In this document: piece after piece, positions 25,301-38,576 of the stretch
Position numbering within the stretch: the first letter of the stretch is position 1
Layout: every line of letters begins with the position of its first letter
Origin: Cyanophora paradoxa CCMP329
Lineage: Eukaryota > Plantae > Glaucophyta
Assembly (NCBI GenBank): GCA_004431415.1
Contig: QPMI01000104.1
Span: 186,001-250,000, forward strand
Direction of reading: 5' to 3'
Length of the DNA stretch: 64,000 bases
Program-made: the position numbers and the translations under genes
The notes under the pieces: generated by a model
Databases searched by the model: none
What the model was told of the DNA's origin: nothing
What the model saw: the letters and a program-made list of their open reading frames with translations, nothing else

Positions 25301-26959
25301 GATCTGAGCCTGAGCCGATCTCAGCAACGTGGTGATGGGGTTCGTGGTGGGGACGATGTTCGCGGACCGCGGGGCGGACCAGGCCAACGCCCGCATGCGC
25401 AACTCCCTCGTCTTCCTCATGATCATGTGAGCCGCCCCGATTTAGATCTAAATCTAAACCTAGAAAATTTAGATCTCTTACATTAGATCCCTAAGATCTA
25501 GATCTAGGTCTTAGGCGCGACCCCTTTAGCTTCCTCCTAACTCTTGCCCCCCGCAGGTACACGATGAAGCGTGCGGTGGGGGACGTCCCCTCCAACTTCG
25601 CGGCCCGCGAGATCTACTACCGCGAGCGCTCCCAGGGTCCGCTACCCATCCACCCGTCTCTTCTTGTTGGGCTTGGCTTGACTCCGCCCCTCCCTCCCCG
25701 CCCCCGCAGGCATGTACCGCCCCGCAGGCATGCGTGTACCCCCCCCCTCCTCCAACTTCCAATCCTTCTAACTCCTCCCCCTCCAACCGCGCAGCGCACT
25801 GGGCCTCCTCGTTCCTGGTGGGTACGCCCTTCAACCTCGCCAACCTGGTCGTCTTCCTCGTCATGGTCTACTGGATCGCCGGTCAGATCTGATCTGATCT
25901 GATATGATGTGAGACGATATGATCCGATCTCATCTGATCTGAGGGCGGCAGGCCTGAACCCCGCCGACGCGGGCCAGCGCTTCGCCTACGCCCTCCTCGT
26001 CCTCTGGTGCGCTCAGATCGAATCTGATCTGAGCAGCTCTAGATCTGAGCGCCGAACCCCCTCAGGCTCTTCCAGCTGACGGCGACGGCCTTCAACGAGA
26101 TGCTCTCGTACCTCCTCCCCGTGGCCGCCGCCGCGCAGGCGATGGCCGGCTTCTTCATCGCCGCCGGCTCCTTCTTCGCCGGCTTCATGTGAGATCTGAT
26201 CTGATCTGATCTAGATCTGATCTCATCCGATTTGAGCGATCTGACTCCTTCTCCTTCTTCCTCGTAGGATCCCCGCCAGCGACATGCCTCGGTGCGACGG
26301 CGGCGCCCTCGCCAGCCCCCGCGCGGCGCCCGCGCGCCGCCCGCTGACCGGTGGCCCCGTGCAGCCCCTGGATCTGGGCGTACTACTTCTTCTTCATGCA
26401 CTACCCCGTGGAGAGCATGGTGACGAACGAGATGCAGGGGATGGAGTTCACCGGCTGCACCGACGCGTGCGCCCGCCCGCCCGCCCGTTTACAAGCTTAT
26501 CAGAAGCTTGCAAGCTTCATTATATATAAAACTCTAAGCCCGCCCGCCTCATGATGAGCTTCACTAGATATAAGCTCGCCCGCTCGCCCGCTCGCCCGCT
26601 CGCCCGCCCCGGCCCCGCTCCGCTCGGCGCGGCCCTCACGATCCTGGGCTGAGGCTGTGCGCGCAGGCTGTACGCCAAAGGGATGTGCTACAAGACGGGC
26701 GACGACGCCGTGGCGAGCTTCGGCTTCTCCTACGACAACCGCTACCTCAACCTCATGTGAGCGGGCCTCGGCTCAGATCAGCTGCTCCTCAGATGGAGCT
26801 GACCTCGGCGCCCTTTCCCCTGCCTGATCTGATCTGATCCTGATCCGAGGAGCTGATCTGATCTGATCCCTCCCGCGCAGATGGCTCGCGGTCTTCTTCG
26901 TCGGCTTCGAGCTCATCAAGGGCTTCGCCATCCACCGCATCGTCCACCTCAAGCGCTGA
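19349..26959 (+). CDS. Full-size ABCG (PDR-type, NBD-TMD-NBD-TMD) transporter, many short introns
   Basis: NBD1: [10 protein letters not shown]|[38 protein letters not shown]1: QPFWFQFW...[16 protein letters not shown]2: [57 protein letters not shown]2: REIYYRER...GFMIP...WIWAYY. Ends IVHLKR*. Confidence 0.95.
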
Positions 26960-27457
26960 GCGACGAGCGACTCGCTATATGTAGCGCCAGCGCTCGCGCG
27001 GCACTCAAGCGCGCGTGTTTTAGATTATCCTAGAATGCCGTAGTTTAATCAGCGCCATTCGGCAGTATTTCTGTTGTAATCATTCAGTGCAGTAGAGTAC
27101 TAGTACGATAGGTTTCGACGATTGACGTAGCTTAGGCTGCTTAGCTCGACACAGGTGTAAAGCGGCTTCTCTAGCGCCCTTTCAATCTGCTCTTTCGTCT
27201 TTCGCACCACAGAATTCTATGGATAGCTCGGTTCTCCGAAGCACACGAAGACGTGCTCAATGACTACATAAAAGCTAACAACAAATGTCCCAGATCTAGG
27301 AAGCAGATGCATATGTAATCAATATGAATTCAAACAACTTAAGATTTCCACTGGGCCATCACATGCATATCTAAATCTCTCGGCGAAGTTCGGCGAGGTC
27401 GAACCCCGGAACGAGTCGGAGACTCGGAGGGACATGATCCGCATGCATATGCGTATT

Positions 27458-27508
27458 CCGCTAGGCTAGGGCCGCTAGGCTAGGGCCGCTAGGCTAGGGC
27501 CGCTAGGC
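27458..27508. repeat. 14-bp minisatellite (CCGCTAGGCTAGGG)x3.6
   Basis: Read directly from the sequence. Confidence 0.85.
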
Positions 27509-27996
27509 CTGAGGCCGCGGGGGCGCCTGCGGGAGGCCGCGGGCCGGCACCTGCGGCCCCGCGGCCCGGCGGCCCGGCCCGGCGGCCCAGGCTGCGGGAC
27601 TCCGGCAGCGGGAGGCTGGCACACTCAGTGACTCAGGCTGCGGCGCCGGGCCGCCCGGCCCCGGGCCCGGGGGCTACCGGCACGGGCGGTAAGGTGTGAC
27701 CGCGGCGATTCGATGTTTGTACAGCCGCGCGTCCGCTGTTCGATGGTGACGCAAGTGAAGCAAAGTTCCCTTCAGGTGATCATGATTTGCTGCTAGTAGC
27801 TTGGTCTTCATACCAAACGCCAAAAAGAGCCGGCATCTTGGTACTTTCCGCCAAGGGTCGAACCGGCTACGGGAGGCGTACCCCGCATCGCTCAGAAGTT
27901 GGCAATCGTACGCGTAAGGAGAGGAGGCTAGGAGGCACAGCCAGGAGCGCCTAGAAGCGGAGGAGGCATCGTCCGCGCTTGGATCGACAGATTTCG

Positions 27997-30900
27997 ATGC
28001 CGCCGCCCAGCTTCCCTGGCCAGGTGGCCCACCTCGCGGGAGATGCGCCGGTCGTTCCGCGGGCCGAGCCCCAGGGCGCGGACTACGGCCCCCAGGAGCC
28101 GCTCCCGTACGTTCCGTGGAGCACTTCGGACGATGACAGCGCCGCGCTTTCGGAGGCGTATCAGGAGGCGACTTTCCAGGCCGGGAACGAGCTCGTGGTG
28201 CGCTTGGCCTGGCACCCCGGCCGTCGGAGCGATTCGCTGAGCTCTCGGCCTCCTCACAGCTTCGGGATACCCTCGCTAAAGTGACCGCGAGTGCGTTTCG
28301 CCTCGAGCGCTGCGATCGCTGAGCGCTGAACGGGCCGGGCCGCGCCGACGGCTCCGCCCGGACTGAGCTCACCACCCCGCCTCTCCCTGCAGCTGGCCAG
28401 TACGGAGTCCCGCCGCCGGACCAGTGCTCCGAGTTCCAGCAGGTTCGTGCCGCTCCGGCGCGGCCGCCTCGAGCTCGGCGCGGGCCCCCTTCCCGATCCG
28501 CCGCCCGGCCCGGCGTGAGGGTACTGAAGCGCCGCGGGGCAGGGCTTCCACACGAAGCAAGTCGACTACATCCGGCCGTTCAAGGGTCCGTGACCGCTCT
28601 GGAATGCAACCCGATGATGCCGGCGGCTAGCCGGCCCGCGCCGAGCCGGGCCGAGCCGAGAGCTGACGAGGCCGCCGGGCGCGCGCAGTGGTTGGAGAGG
28701 TCACTGCGCCGGCGAACCTCGTCATCTTCGGCGATGCGACGTACACGGCGCCCGTCTCCCGCACCGGTCCGCCCGTCCGCCCGCCTCGACCGAGGCGCCG
28801 GCGGCCTTCTGCTGCGCTAGCTGACGTCGTTCGCGTACGCGCCCCGCAGGCGTGTGGAAGTGAGCGCGCCCGCCCGCCCGCCCGCCCGCGGCCCGGCGGC
28901 CAACGGCTCTCCACCCCCCCCTCCCCCAACTCAGCCCTCTCCGCCCGCGCGCAGGACGACCCAGCCCCACGAGCGCACTGGCGCCGACCAGAAGATCACG
29001 CCCATCACGGAGCACGGTGAGTGAACTGAACCCTCCATCCCATGCCGCTCCTCGCCCTCGATAATCCTCCCCGCTTCCGGCCAGGCACGCTGGAGACGAA
29101 GCAGCAGGTGGTGGTGGACAAGGTCGTGTACGGCGAGAAGCAGGTCATCGAGGGCGAGGTTCAGCACGGGAGCACCATCATCCCCGCCGTCTACGACGTG
29201 CGCGCGCCGAGTCGACGTCGGCTCGAAGGCGAACGAACGCTCGCTTGAAGAGGCTTACGCGGGCCGCTCGCTCGCTCGCTCGCGCGCAGTGGGACACCCA
29301 GGACTACAAGCCGACGGGCCCCATGGTCGGAAAGTGCGGCACCGCCGAGTGCAAGATGAAGGGTCCGACCCCGCCTCCGCTTCTTCCCCCGCGGCCGGCC
29401 GCGCGCGGCTGAAATCGCGCCTCTGCAGATAACGGCCCGAAGGAGTACACGGAGCAGAAGACCTGCGACAAGCTCGTCATCACCGACGTCGACCTGAAGG
29501 CGCGCCCGCGATCCCTCCCCTCGACTCGACCCTCTCTGCTGCCTTCTCACCGCGCCGCGGCCTGGCCGGCGGGCGGGCGGCGTGCAGGTCAAGGATCTGC
29601 AGGAGGTGGAGTACAAGGACTTCAAGCAGTACAAGCTCCACATCGACGACAGCATCCCCCGCCTGGTGCGCTCGCGTGAGGCCCGAGCCGAGCCGGGCCG
29701 GGCCGGGCCGGGCCGGGCACCCTCGCGCCGCGCCGCGCCGGCGTCCCATCTGAGGCCGCCCCCGCCCCGCCCCGCCCCGCCCCGCCGCGCAGTGCCAGAA
29801 CACGCTCCCGAAAGGGTTCCTCAAGGCCATCGCCGCGAAGAACATGAGCGTCTCGCAGATCTTCGACGACAAGGTCCGCTTGTTACTTAACAGAACAGCT
29901 CGATTCTATCATCTAGAACGGCGTCCGTCAAGAAGAAATAGTTGATCGAAGCTTAAGAGCTCGTCCGCTTAATCACATAGACGAGCTGCTTGTTACTTAA
30001 CAGAACAGCTCGATTATTCTATCATCTAGAACGGCGTTCGCGATCGTCAGGAATTCGAAGAAATAGTTGATCGAAGCTTAAGAGCTCGTCCGCTTTGTAA
30101 ATAACATAGACGAGCCGTTTCACGTTCCATCCGTCCGACGAGGCTTACTAATGACGCTAATGACGTCGACCCCCGAATTCGCAGACCGCGGACAAGTTCA
30201 ACGTGGTCAAGACCGAGGACATCACGGCGTGCGAGGTCCAGACCATCGCGAAGCAGGTCCGGGCCGGCCTGGGGGCGTACCCCGCCGGAAAACTCGTACC
30301 CTGACACGCCGCCCCCCGCCCCCGGCAGGAGTTCGAGCTGAGCTACAACGAGAAGCACACGCTCAAGTGGAAGCAGCCGATCACGAAGGAGTGCACGAAG
30401 GAGTGGAGCCAGGAGGGCATCGAGTACGGCAAGGGCACGTACGAGCAGATGGACGGAGCCACTGTCACCGGCTACTAGTGCGTTGTCCTGGCCATGGCAT
30501 GGCCTCGTCGAGTCGACCGCGCCGCCTGCCTGCCTGCGCGGCGCTGTGGCCATAAGCACCGCTCACGCTCGGGGTCCGCAGCATCCAGCCCGGCGCAGAG
30601 CTCGGCAAGATCAACAGTGCGCGCGCGCGCGCCCAGCGTTCACCTGACGCTCCTCGCCGAGCTCATCCGCGCGCAGCGTACATCCGGCAGAAGCACGGCG
30701 AGCGGGACCAGGGCGAGGAGCGCACCGTGGAGGACAAGAACCCGAAGGAGGCGCCCAGCGGCGAGGAAAAGTACGAGGTGGTCAAGACGAACGCGTGGTC
30801 CCGCACGGGGCCCATCGACCCGAAGAAGATCAACTTCCACGAGAAGGTTGGTTCGAATCCCTCACCCTCCTTTCCGGTGGCGCGGCTCTGACGGCGGCGG

Positions 30901-33632
30901 CGCGCGCGCTCTCTCCCTCGCCCGCAGGTCATCAACAACGGCGAGCAGACGTTCAACCCCAAGGGCATCATCGAGCAGTGCGCCGCGCCGGGGGCGAAGC
31001 GAAGCGAAGATTTGATCCGGCGTTACGCTGCGGCTGACGCCGCCCTCTCTCCCCCCGCCGGGGCCGGGCCGCAGGGAGCCGGAGATGCACGTTAGGTTCC
31101 AAAAGTGCCCGCTGCTCAAGGTGACCGGAGCCTAGCCTCAGCTTTACATTTATATCTATCTATCTATCAGCAACAACCGACCGACCGGGCGAGTACGCAG
31201 GTCTCGCCGAACAACCCGTGCAAGCTGACGTCGGAGCACCTCTCCTCCTTCAAGGACCACCTCGCGAGCGACGAGATCCAGTGCGTCGACAAGGTCCGTT
31301 GGCTTCGATCCCGACCCCGGCTTCGACCCCGACGCCCTTCTTCCTCTTCTTCAGGCGCCCGAGGTCTTCAGCCTGGGCAAGTGCGTGCTCGACCCCAACG
31401 GCGTCCGCGTCCCCGACCGTGAGCCGCCGCCCCGCCCCGCGCCATCCGCTCCGCTCTGGCCCGGCGCCGAACTTCGCGCCCCGCAGCCGAGCTGGAGGAC
31501 AGCGGCAACTACAACTACGCCGATCCCGACGCCTTCCCCGATTTCACGGTGCGGGCCTCCTTCGAACTGAGCGGACGCGGAGGAGGACGCGGACGCGGAC
31601 GACGTCGGCTGAGTGAGCTGAGCGTTGTTGCTCGCGGCAGGACATGAGCCCGGAGGGCATCCTAAAGGCGCTCAAGTCGGTGCTGGAGAAGGAGTACCGC
31701 GAGTACTACGACCGCGGCACGCGCGTCATCGAGCTCAACGAGATCGACAACCGCATCCAGAATAACCTGGCGCAGCTGGTGGGCGCTGCAGCTTCAACTT
31801 GGGGGGTCGGGAGGGGTCCGCCCCGGCTGACACCTCGCGCTCGCTCGCCCGCAGAATCAGGAGTACTCGAACGCGGTGGTGAGCCAGGAGCCCGACGCGG
31901 CGCAGCGGCAGAGCGCCATCCAGCTCCGCATCAACGAGCTCGAGGGGCGGCGCGTGCGCCTCGGCAACGAGCGCGAGGAGATGAAGAAGCTGGTCGCGAA
32001 GAGCCAGGTGAGCGGCGCGGCCTCGTAGTCGTCGTTGCCGTCGCGTTGTTGCTGAGCGCGTGCCGCGCCGCGCCTTGGACAACGTAACGATATGACTAGA
32101 AATGAAAGCTTTGACGGGTTTGATTTATAGCTAGCTGAGCGTCGTACCCCGCAGAGCGAGTGGGAGGAGGTGAAGGCGATGATCGAGCAGCGCGCGGCGG
32201 GGATGGGCGTGGCGACGGGCGACCTCGAGGAGATGGCCGCCTCCGTCTACGAATCCGTGGCCGCCGAGCACGAGGCCGAGGACGCCGCCGTCGCCCAGCA
32301 GGTCAGTCTGTCAACGTTGAAGCGTGAAAGCGTAAAAGAGCTCACACGCGCGCGCGCCACGCGCCGAGGGCAGGAGGCAAGCATCGCCGCCGGCGCGGCG
32401 CAGGGCGGGGAATTCCAGGAGCCGTTGACCTGCGACGGGCCGCCGCCGCCGCCGCCGCCGCCGCCGCCCCCGCCGCCGAAGCCGGTGGAGAAGTTCTACC
32501 TCGTCGAGATGGACAACGTGTACTGGTGCGCGCGCGACCTAGAAGACAGCTTGAAGCTGTTCATCAGATAGATAGGTTTGATGGTTGCGTTTGTAGCTGA
32601 GCGTCCCCGGCCCGGCCCCGCAGCCTGTACATGGACCCCGTGAGCGGGACGGTGAAGAACGCGCCGTGCAAGACGCCGGGGATCGACTTCAAATGGCAGT
32701 CTGTGCGCCGCTCGGCGGCGTCCCCGGCTGCCAACCTTTGCCTGACGTCGAGCCGCGCAGGAAAAGGTCTCGGGTCTGGGCTCCGAGTGGAAGGGGTACG
32801 GACTGCTCAAGGGTGCCGGGGTGAGCGTTCGAATTTGGATTCGCTCCCCTCGGCCGAGCAAACAGCCGAGCCGAGCCGAGCCGAGCCGGGCTGGGCTGAG
32901 CTGAGCTGTACCCCCCGCAGGACCTGTACCTCGACGTCGAGGGGGCGTCCTCTTCGACCCCGGAGAACGCCCCGCTGGTGGGCAGCGAGGCCTACGACGG
33001 CGGCTCGAACATGCTCGCTCGGCTGCAGAGCGGAGGGGTCAGGTTCCTCGACGAGGACGAGACCGTCCGCATGGACATCGTCAAGATCCTGTGCGCCTCT
33101 TTGGCTTCTAAGTGATTTTAATATTAAAATCATATAGTGTCTTATAAGAACGTGCGTGCGCAGGGTCGGCAAAGACGCGATGGACCCGACCCTGCCCGAC
33201 CCCCAGGGCAAGGTCAGCATCGAGACGATCTCGGGGAGGTCCTTCGTCAACGGAGCGTGCGCGGGACCGCCCGCCCGCCTCCGGCCACTGTGCAGCGCCG
33301 CTCACTGTACCCGCCTTCGGCGCGCGCGCGCAGTGGGCACGTCTTCTACAGGCTGCCGGTCTCCGCGCTGAGCAACCCGGACATCGACTACCAGTTCGGG
33401 GAGCCCACCGGCAGGCTCGACGCCGAGGCGCAGGCCGTCGGAGCCGACGACGCCGTCCGCCCCGCCCCGCCCCGCCCGGCTTAAGAAGAGGGCCGCTGAT
33501 CATGAGCTCTGCGCTCGCTCGCAGGGGTACGTGGAGGTGGAGCCGACGAGCGAGCTCGAGGCTGAGGCGCTGGCGGCGGAGGCGGAGGCGGCGGCGGCCG
33601 AGTCGGGCTTCGACGAGGCCCCCGCCGCGTGA
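27997..33632 (+). CDS. Uncharacterised multi-exon protein: beta-rich region, coiled coil, poly-Pro linker, ricin-B-like C-terminal region (5' end uncertain)
   Basis: Consistent GC3-rich exons with GT/GC-AG junctions, e.g. TLETKQQVVVDKVVYG, EFELSYNEKHTLKWKQPIT, coiled coil RINELEGRRVRLGNEREEMKKL, a long Pro run, YCLYMDPVSGTVKNAPCKTPGIDFKW, DLYLDVEGAS...APLVGSEAYDGGSN. TGA at 33630-33632. Confidence 0.7.
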
Positions 33633-34770
33633 GGCGCGCGACCCCGAGGGGACCGGAGGAGAGGAGGCGGCGCCCGATCGCGATCCGCGGCCGCGGCCGT
33701 CGCGCGAGGGCACCCGCGCGACGTACGGGCCGGGGCGGCGCCCGCCGTGAGCGTTTCGATCCGAGCTGCGGGGGCCGGCCGGGACGGTCGGGACCAGCGC
33801 TCGCAGTAGGTTATAATTATTGAGTGTCGATGGGCCGGGTGACTCGGGTCAGGGACTCGGGGCCTCCAGCGCCTGTAGTAGATTATTGCATGCTTATGTA
33901 CATGTAGATGATCGTTATCAATTTATTGATCAGTCCTGATTGCACGTGTTCGAAGGGCTGGCCGCCGGGCCGGCACAAGCTCGAGGCATAGCCGAAATAT
34001 TATTAAGGAGGGCCGATCCCACAAACCAGGCCTAGGAACATCGGATCCACTGCAGCTGGCCATACGTATACTATGATATGCATGGCACTACGTAATATAC
34101 GTATACCGTAGTAGTACGCGCGCATATGCCGCAGTGCATGCGCACGCGCGCGCGCGGCATCGCCGAGCTCAAGTCATGATCAAATATTTTTTAATACGAA
34201 GCCGCACGCTTAGTCGTCGCCCACGCCGGCGCGCGCGCCGACATCATATGCATGGCATGCGCATCTGCAGCCAGCTGCAGCGCGCGCGCGCGCGCGGGCG
34301 AGCTCGAGCTCGAGGGCCTAGGGGGACCGGACCTCGATCGCGATCAGCTGCAGCCTGCAGCTGTAGACGTCCAGCTGCAGTGGATTCCGAATCTCCGATT
34401 CAGCACTAGCGAACTTCCTTGTACTTAAAAAAGGTTAACCTTGTACCCCGACGTCGCCTGCCAGGGCCTGGCCCTGCCTGGCCCCGGCCCCTGGCATCCC
34501 GCATCCACCAGCAGCCCCGCAACATCTCCTTGTCGTCGAATTGCTGCCGAAGTAGTATCGCATCCGTGGAATTGCGCATCGCTGGCGCCGGCGTTGCAGA
34601 GCTAACGCATCCGATGATCTGCGACCGTCGAGCGTGTTCGGCCCTCTCTGCTCTCGGCATCTGTACCCGCTAGCTTTAGGCGGCCCAGCAGCTCGCCCGC
34701 CCCGCCCGCCGCGACGTCTTTGGACGCGCCATTCCGGCGTCAGGCCTAGGGCTTCAAGCTTCGTAGTATC

Positions 34771-37700
34771 ATGGAGGACATGCACATGGCGCTCGTGCAC
34801 GTGGCGCCGCACCTCGCGGTGCGGCAGCGGGCGCTCTGCCGCGCAGTCTGCAGGTCCTGGCAGCACGCCCTCGCCGCGCCCGCCCTGTGGCCAAGCCTGG
34901 ACGTCAGCGTGCCTCGCATCTCGGATCAGGCGGCCTGGCTCCGCGCGGCCCTGGACCAGCCGCACTTCTCCGGCCTGCAGGAGCTCGAAGTGAGCGTCGC
35001 GCGGGACAGCGACGCTGTCGACGCGCTCGGAGGGGACGAGGGCGACGCGCTCGGGAAGGCGCTGGCGGACTCGCTGCGCACCCTCGACCTGCGTGCCCTC
35101 CGCATCGGCGCGCCGTTCGGCCGTGAGCCGATCGCCGCCTGCGCGAAGCTAGAGCGCCTGTCGCTCCGCGTCGAGAGGTGCGGCGCGGGCCGGCTTCTTC
35201 GCTCCTCGCTCCTTCGCTCCTGAGCTAAGGCCGACACAGCGAGGGGCACGCGCGGGGCCTGCGCGATCTCTTCGGGGCGCTCTCCGACCTCCCCGCCCTC
35301 GCCGACCTGCGGATCGAGCTGGACTCCACCGCGGCCAGGGTGCGTCCGGCGGCCCCGCCCGTCGATCCGGGCAGGCCCTCCTCTCCCTAACCTTGAACTC
35401 TAGGTGATGGAATTCCCCAATCTTTTCGGCGCGGGCCACTCCGAGGTCCAGCAGTCGTGCTCGGCCCTCCGGCGGCTCTCCCTGCGCTCCGGTACCCCCC
35501 AGCTCCTCCAGGACGCCCTCGTCTGGCTGGGGTACGCGACCCGAGCTCGCGCCTCCTCCGCCCGCCCCCTCATCCTTCGTTCGCAGAAACGGGCACGCGC
35601 CCCGCCTCGAAGCCCTAAGCCTGGAGAAGACGGGAGGGGGGCCCACGCCGCTCGTGGTCTCGGCCGAGCGGCTCGCGGCCTGCTGCCGGCACTCGCGCGG
35701 CCTCGCCAGCGTCGCCCTCCGCGGCTCCATCCGCCTCGCCTGCGCCGGCTCCAAGCCGGCCTCCTCCTCCTACCCCCCCTCCTCGTCCTCCTCGGAGCCT
35801 CTGGTTCTGGGTCCCGTCGAGCGGCTCGAGCTGGTCGGGGCGGACGTCGCCGTACCCCAGATGGTCCTCGGCGGCGGCGGCGGCGGCGGTACCCCGAACC
35901 AGAGCCTTCCCCCGCTGGCCAACGTTGTCTTGGGTCTCTGCGCCCTCCTCCCCAAGTGCGGCTCCTCGCCCCGCCTCGCCTACTCCGCTCGCTTTGAGTT
36001 CGTTCGTCTCCTTAAGTCTAATGCGATCGCTGCCCCTGCCCCTGCCCCGCAGGCTCAAGACCCTGTCCCTGCGGCTCGCCAAGGCGCCCGCGATCCTGCC
36101 ACCCGCCCAGGTACCCCCTCCCTCCCCCCCTTCCCTCCCCTCCTCCTCCTCCTCCTCCCCCCCCCCCCCGCCGCGGCCCCTCTCAAGAGAGAGGGTCGTC
36201 TGACTGATTATACGTACCCCCCCTCTCAAGAATCCGACTGATCATGCGTACCCCCGGACAGGTCGTCTCGCTGGACGCGCTCGTCCACAGGGGGCTGGAG
36301 GCGTTGAGCCTCACGAGCGTCGGCGGGCTCCTGCTGCGCGGCGCGCGGCCGGCGGGGAAGGACCTCGACCTCTTCGCGCAGGTGGGAGGGAACCGAACGA
36401 ACGCTCGCCTAGCGCCTAGCGCCCGGCGCCCGGCGCCTAGTTCCCTAGCGTCTAGCGCCTACCCTCGCTGTCTTCCTGCCACGGCTGCCCTCGCCTCGCC
36501 TAGCGCCCGGCGCCCAGCGCCTAGTTCCCCCGCTTTCTTGGCCTTGCTTCTTGAACAGAAGCCCGCCTAGCGCCTAGCGCCTACCCTCGCTTTCTTCCTG
36601 CCGCGGTTACCCTCGAGCTCGCGAGGGATCTAGATCCCTCCTTTCCTTCCTACCGCTCGCCTAGCGCCTAGCGCCTAGTTCCCCCCTAGTTAGACCTCCT
36701 TGCGCAGTGCCTGCCGGCCCTCTCCCTGCTCGAGGTGGACGGCGCCCGCCTCGCCTCGTCCCTGCCCAGCATGGACCCGCCCAAGATGCCCGAGGCACGT
36801 GCTTCACGCAACTCTTCTTCTTTTTGACGTTCTTTTCGTTCCTCATTCTTCTTCGCAGCTCGCGCTCCTGCGGGAGTACGAGCCCGGCTCGCGGCCGCCG
36901 TCGTCGACGCGGGGCGGGCGGGGCCCCGACCTGACGCTGCCGCCGGAGGAGCGCGAGAGGCGGCTGCGCCCGCTCTTCGCGGACCTGGTCCGTTAAAGGC
37001 TCTTAGAGCTCTTGAAGCTTGTCGGTTAAAGGCTCTTAAAGCTCTTAAAGCTGGTCAGTTAGAGGCTCTTAGAGGCTCTTCTTCTCTGCAACCAACGCTC
37101 TTAAAGGCAACGCGAGGCTGACTGGCCGACTGGCTGGCTGGCTGACCGACCGACCGGCAGTTCCAGCTGGACGAAGAGGAGCGCCTGAGGGCCGAGGCGG
37201 CGGCGGCCCTGGCGGAGGCCGAGGCGGCGGCCGCCGAGATCCTCGGCGAGGCCGCCGCCGCCTTCCTCTACGCGCAGGTGCACGCACGCCGCCGCTTCTT
37301 GAACGGATGCTTAAGCACGCTTAGCTAGCGCCTCCGCCACACCCGCTCCTAACTGGGGACCTGGTTCCCTCGCTTTGATTTCTTCCTGCCGATCGCCTCC
37401 CTGTACGCGCATGTGCAGGCCCTCGAGAGAGTCCGGTCGCAGGCCTCGATCTGGTGGGCGGGGTACGCGCTTCTTCGTTCTCTTGCCTTCGCTGCGGTCT
37501 AACTGACTGGCTGAGGCGCAGATGCGTGACGCTGATCGGTCGGTGCCGTTCCCGCCCTTCGTTGGACGTCGCCATGTGCCTCACGACCCCTCGACGTCAG
37601 AGGTCCCCCCCGCGCCGCTCGCCGTCAACCTGTGGGCCGCCGGGGCGGACCCCCGCGCCTTCCGGGACCTCTCCCTCGTCCTCCTGCCCGCGGCCGGCGC

Positions 37701-38535
37701 CAAGGGCGGACCGGCGTCGGCGTCGGCGTCGGCTGCGGCTTCAGCCGAGCACGCCTCGCTCGACAAGGCGGCAGACCCCGCCGCCCACGCCCGGCGCATC
37801 CTCCTCAGGTCCTCGAACCCTTTTCCCCGACTCCGACGCGCGTCTCAGCGTATATTTCTGCAGCGTCGGCAAGCGGCAGTCGGAGGAGGAGGGCGTATGG
37901 GGGGTCCTGCAGCCCCCGAAGGGCTTCCACCTCCACACGACCTTCAAGCCGCTGGCCGCGGCGCTCCACCTCACCGCCTCGTGGGCGCCCGGCGCGCCGC
38001 CGGACGCCGGCTTCGCAGTACTGGTGCGGACGTCCTTCCTCCTTCCTTCTCCCTTCCAAACTCGTTCCTTCCTTATAATTACTCGGCGGCGCAGGGCCGC
38101 GTGGTTCGGTTCATGCCCTATTTGGAGGCGCTGACCCTCAAGGCCGGCGACGCCGGCGGCTCGGGCCACGGCTCCTCGGCCCCGCTGCTCGAGCTGCTGA
38201 GGCAGGCGCCGCGGCTGAGGCGCCTCTCCCTCCTGCTCCCGCTGAGCGACGCGGCGGCGGACGCGGTGCTGGGGGCGCTGCCCGACCTCTGCGGGGGCCT
38301 GGAGGCGTTCACGCTGACCGTGCCGCGGCTCGACGGGGCGATCGCGAGCGCGGCCGCTGCCTTCGCGAGGAGGTGCCCCCGCCTCTCGGCCGTCCACTTC
38401 CACACGTTCGGCGGCGATGGAGAGCCGGGGGCCGCGGCCGGCGGCGAGGCCCTTCGCCGCGCCCTCTTCTTTGTGGAGCGCGTCTCCGTGAGCGGCGTGC
38501 AGGGCTACGGCGAGATGTGTGGCGAGTGCGTTTAG
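34771..38535 (+). CDS. F-box protein with LRR-like repeats (multi-exon)
   Basis: N-terminal F-box-like ALVHVAPHLAVRQRALCRAVCRSWQHALAAPALWPSLDV. Recurrent L-x-x-L-x-L units (LQELEV, LERLSL, LRRLSL, LEALTL, CPRLSAVHF). Confidence 0.75.
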
Positions 38536-38576
38536 ATCGGTCGTTTATGGTTTTCAGAACTGATTTTGAAGGCGGC

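Noticed and set aside
34406-34660. Small - strand ORF divergent from the F-box gene
   Set aside because: No recognisable motif or supported exon structure.
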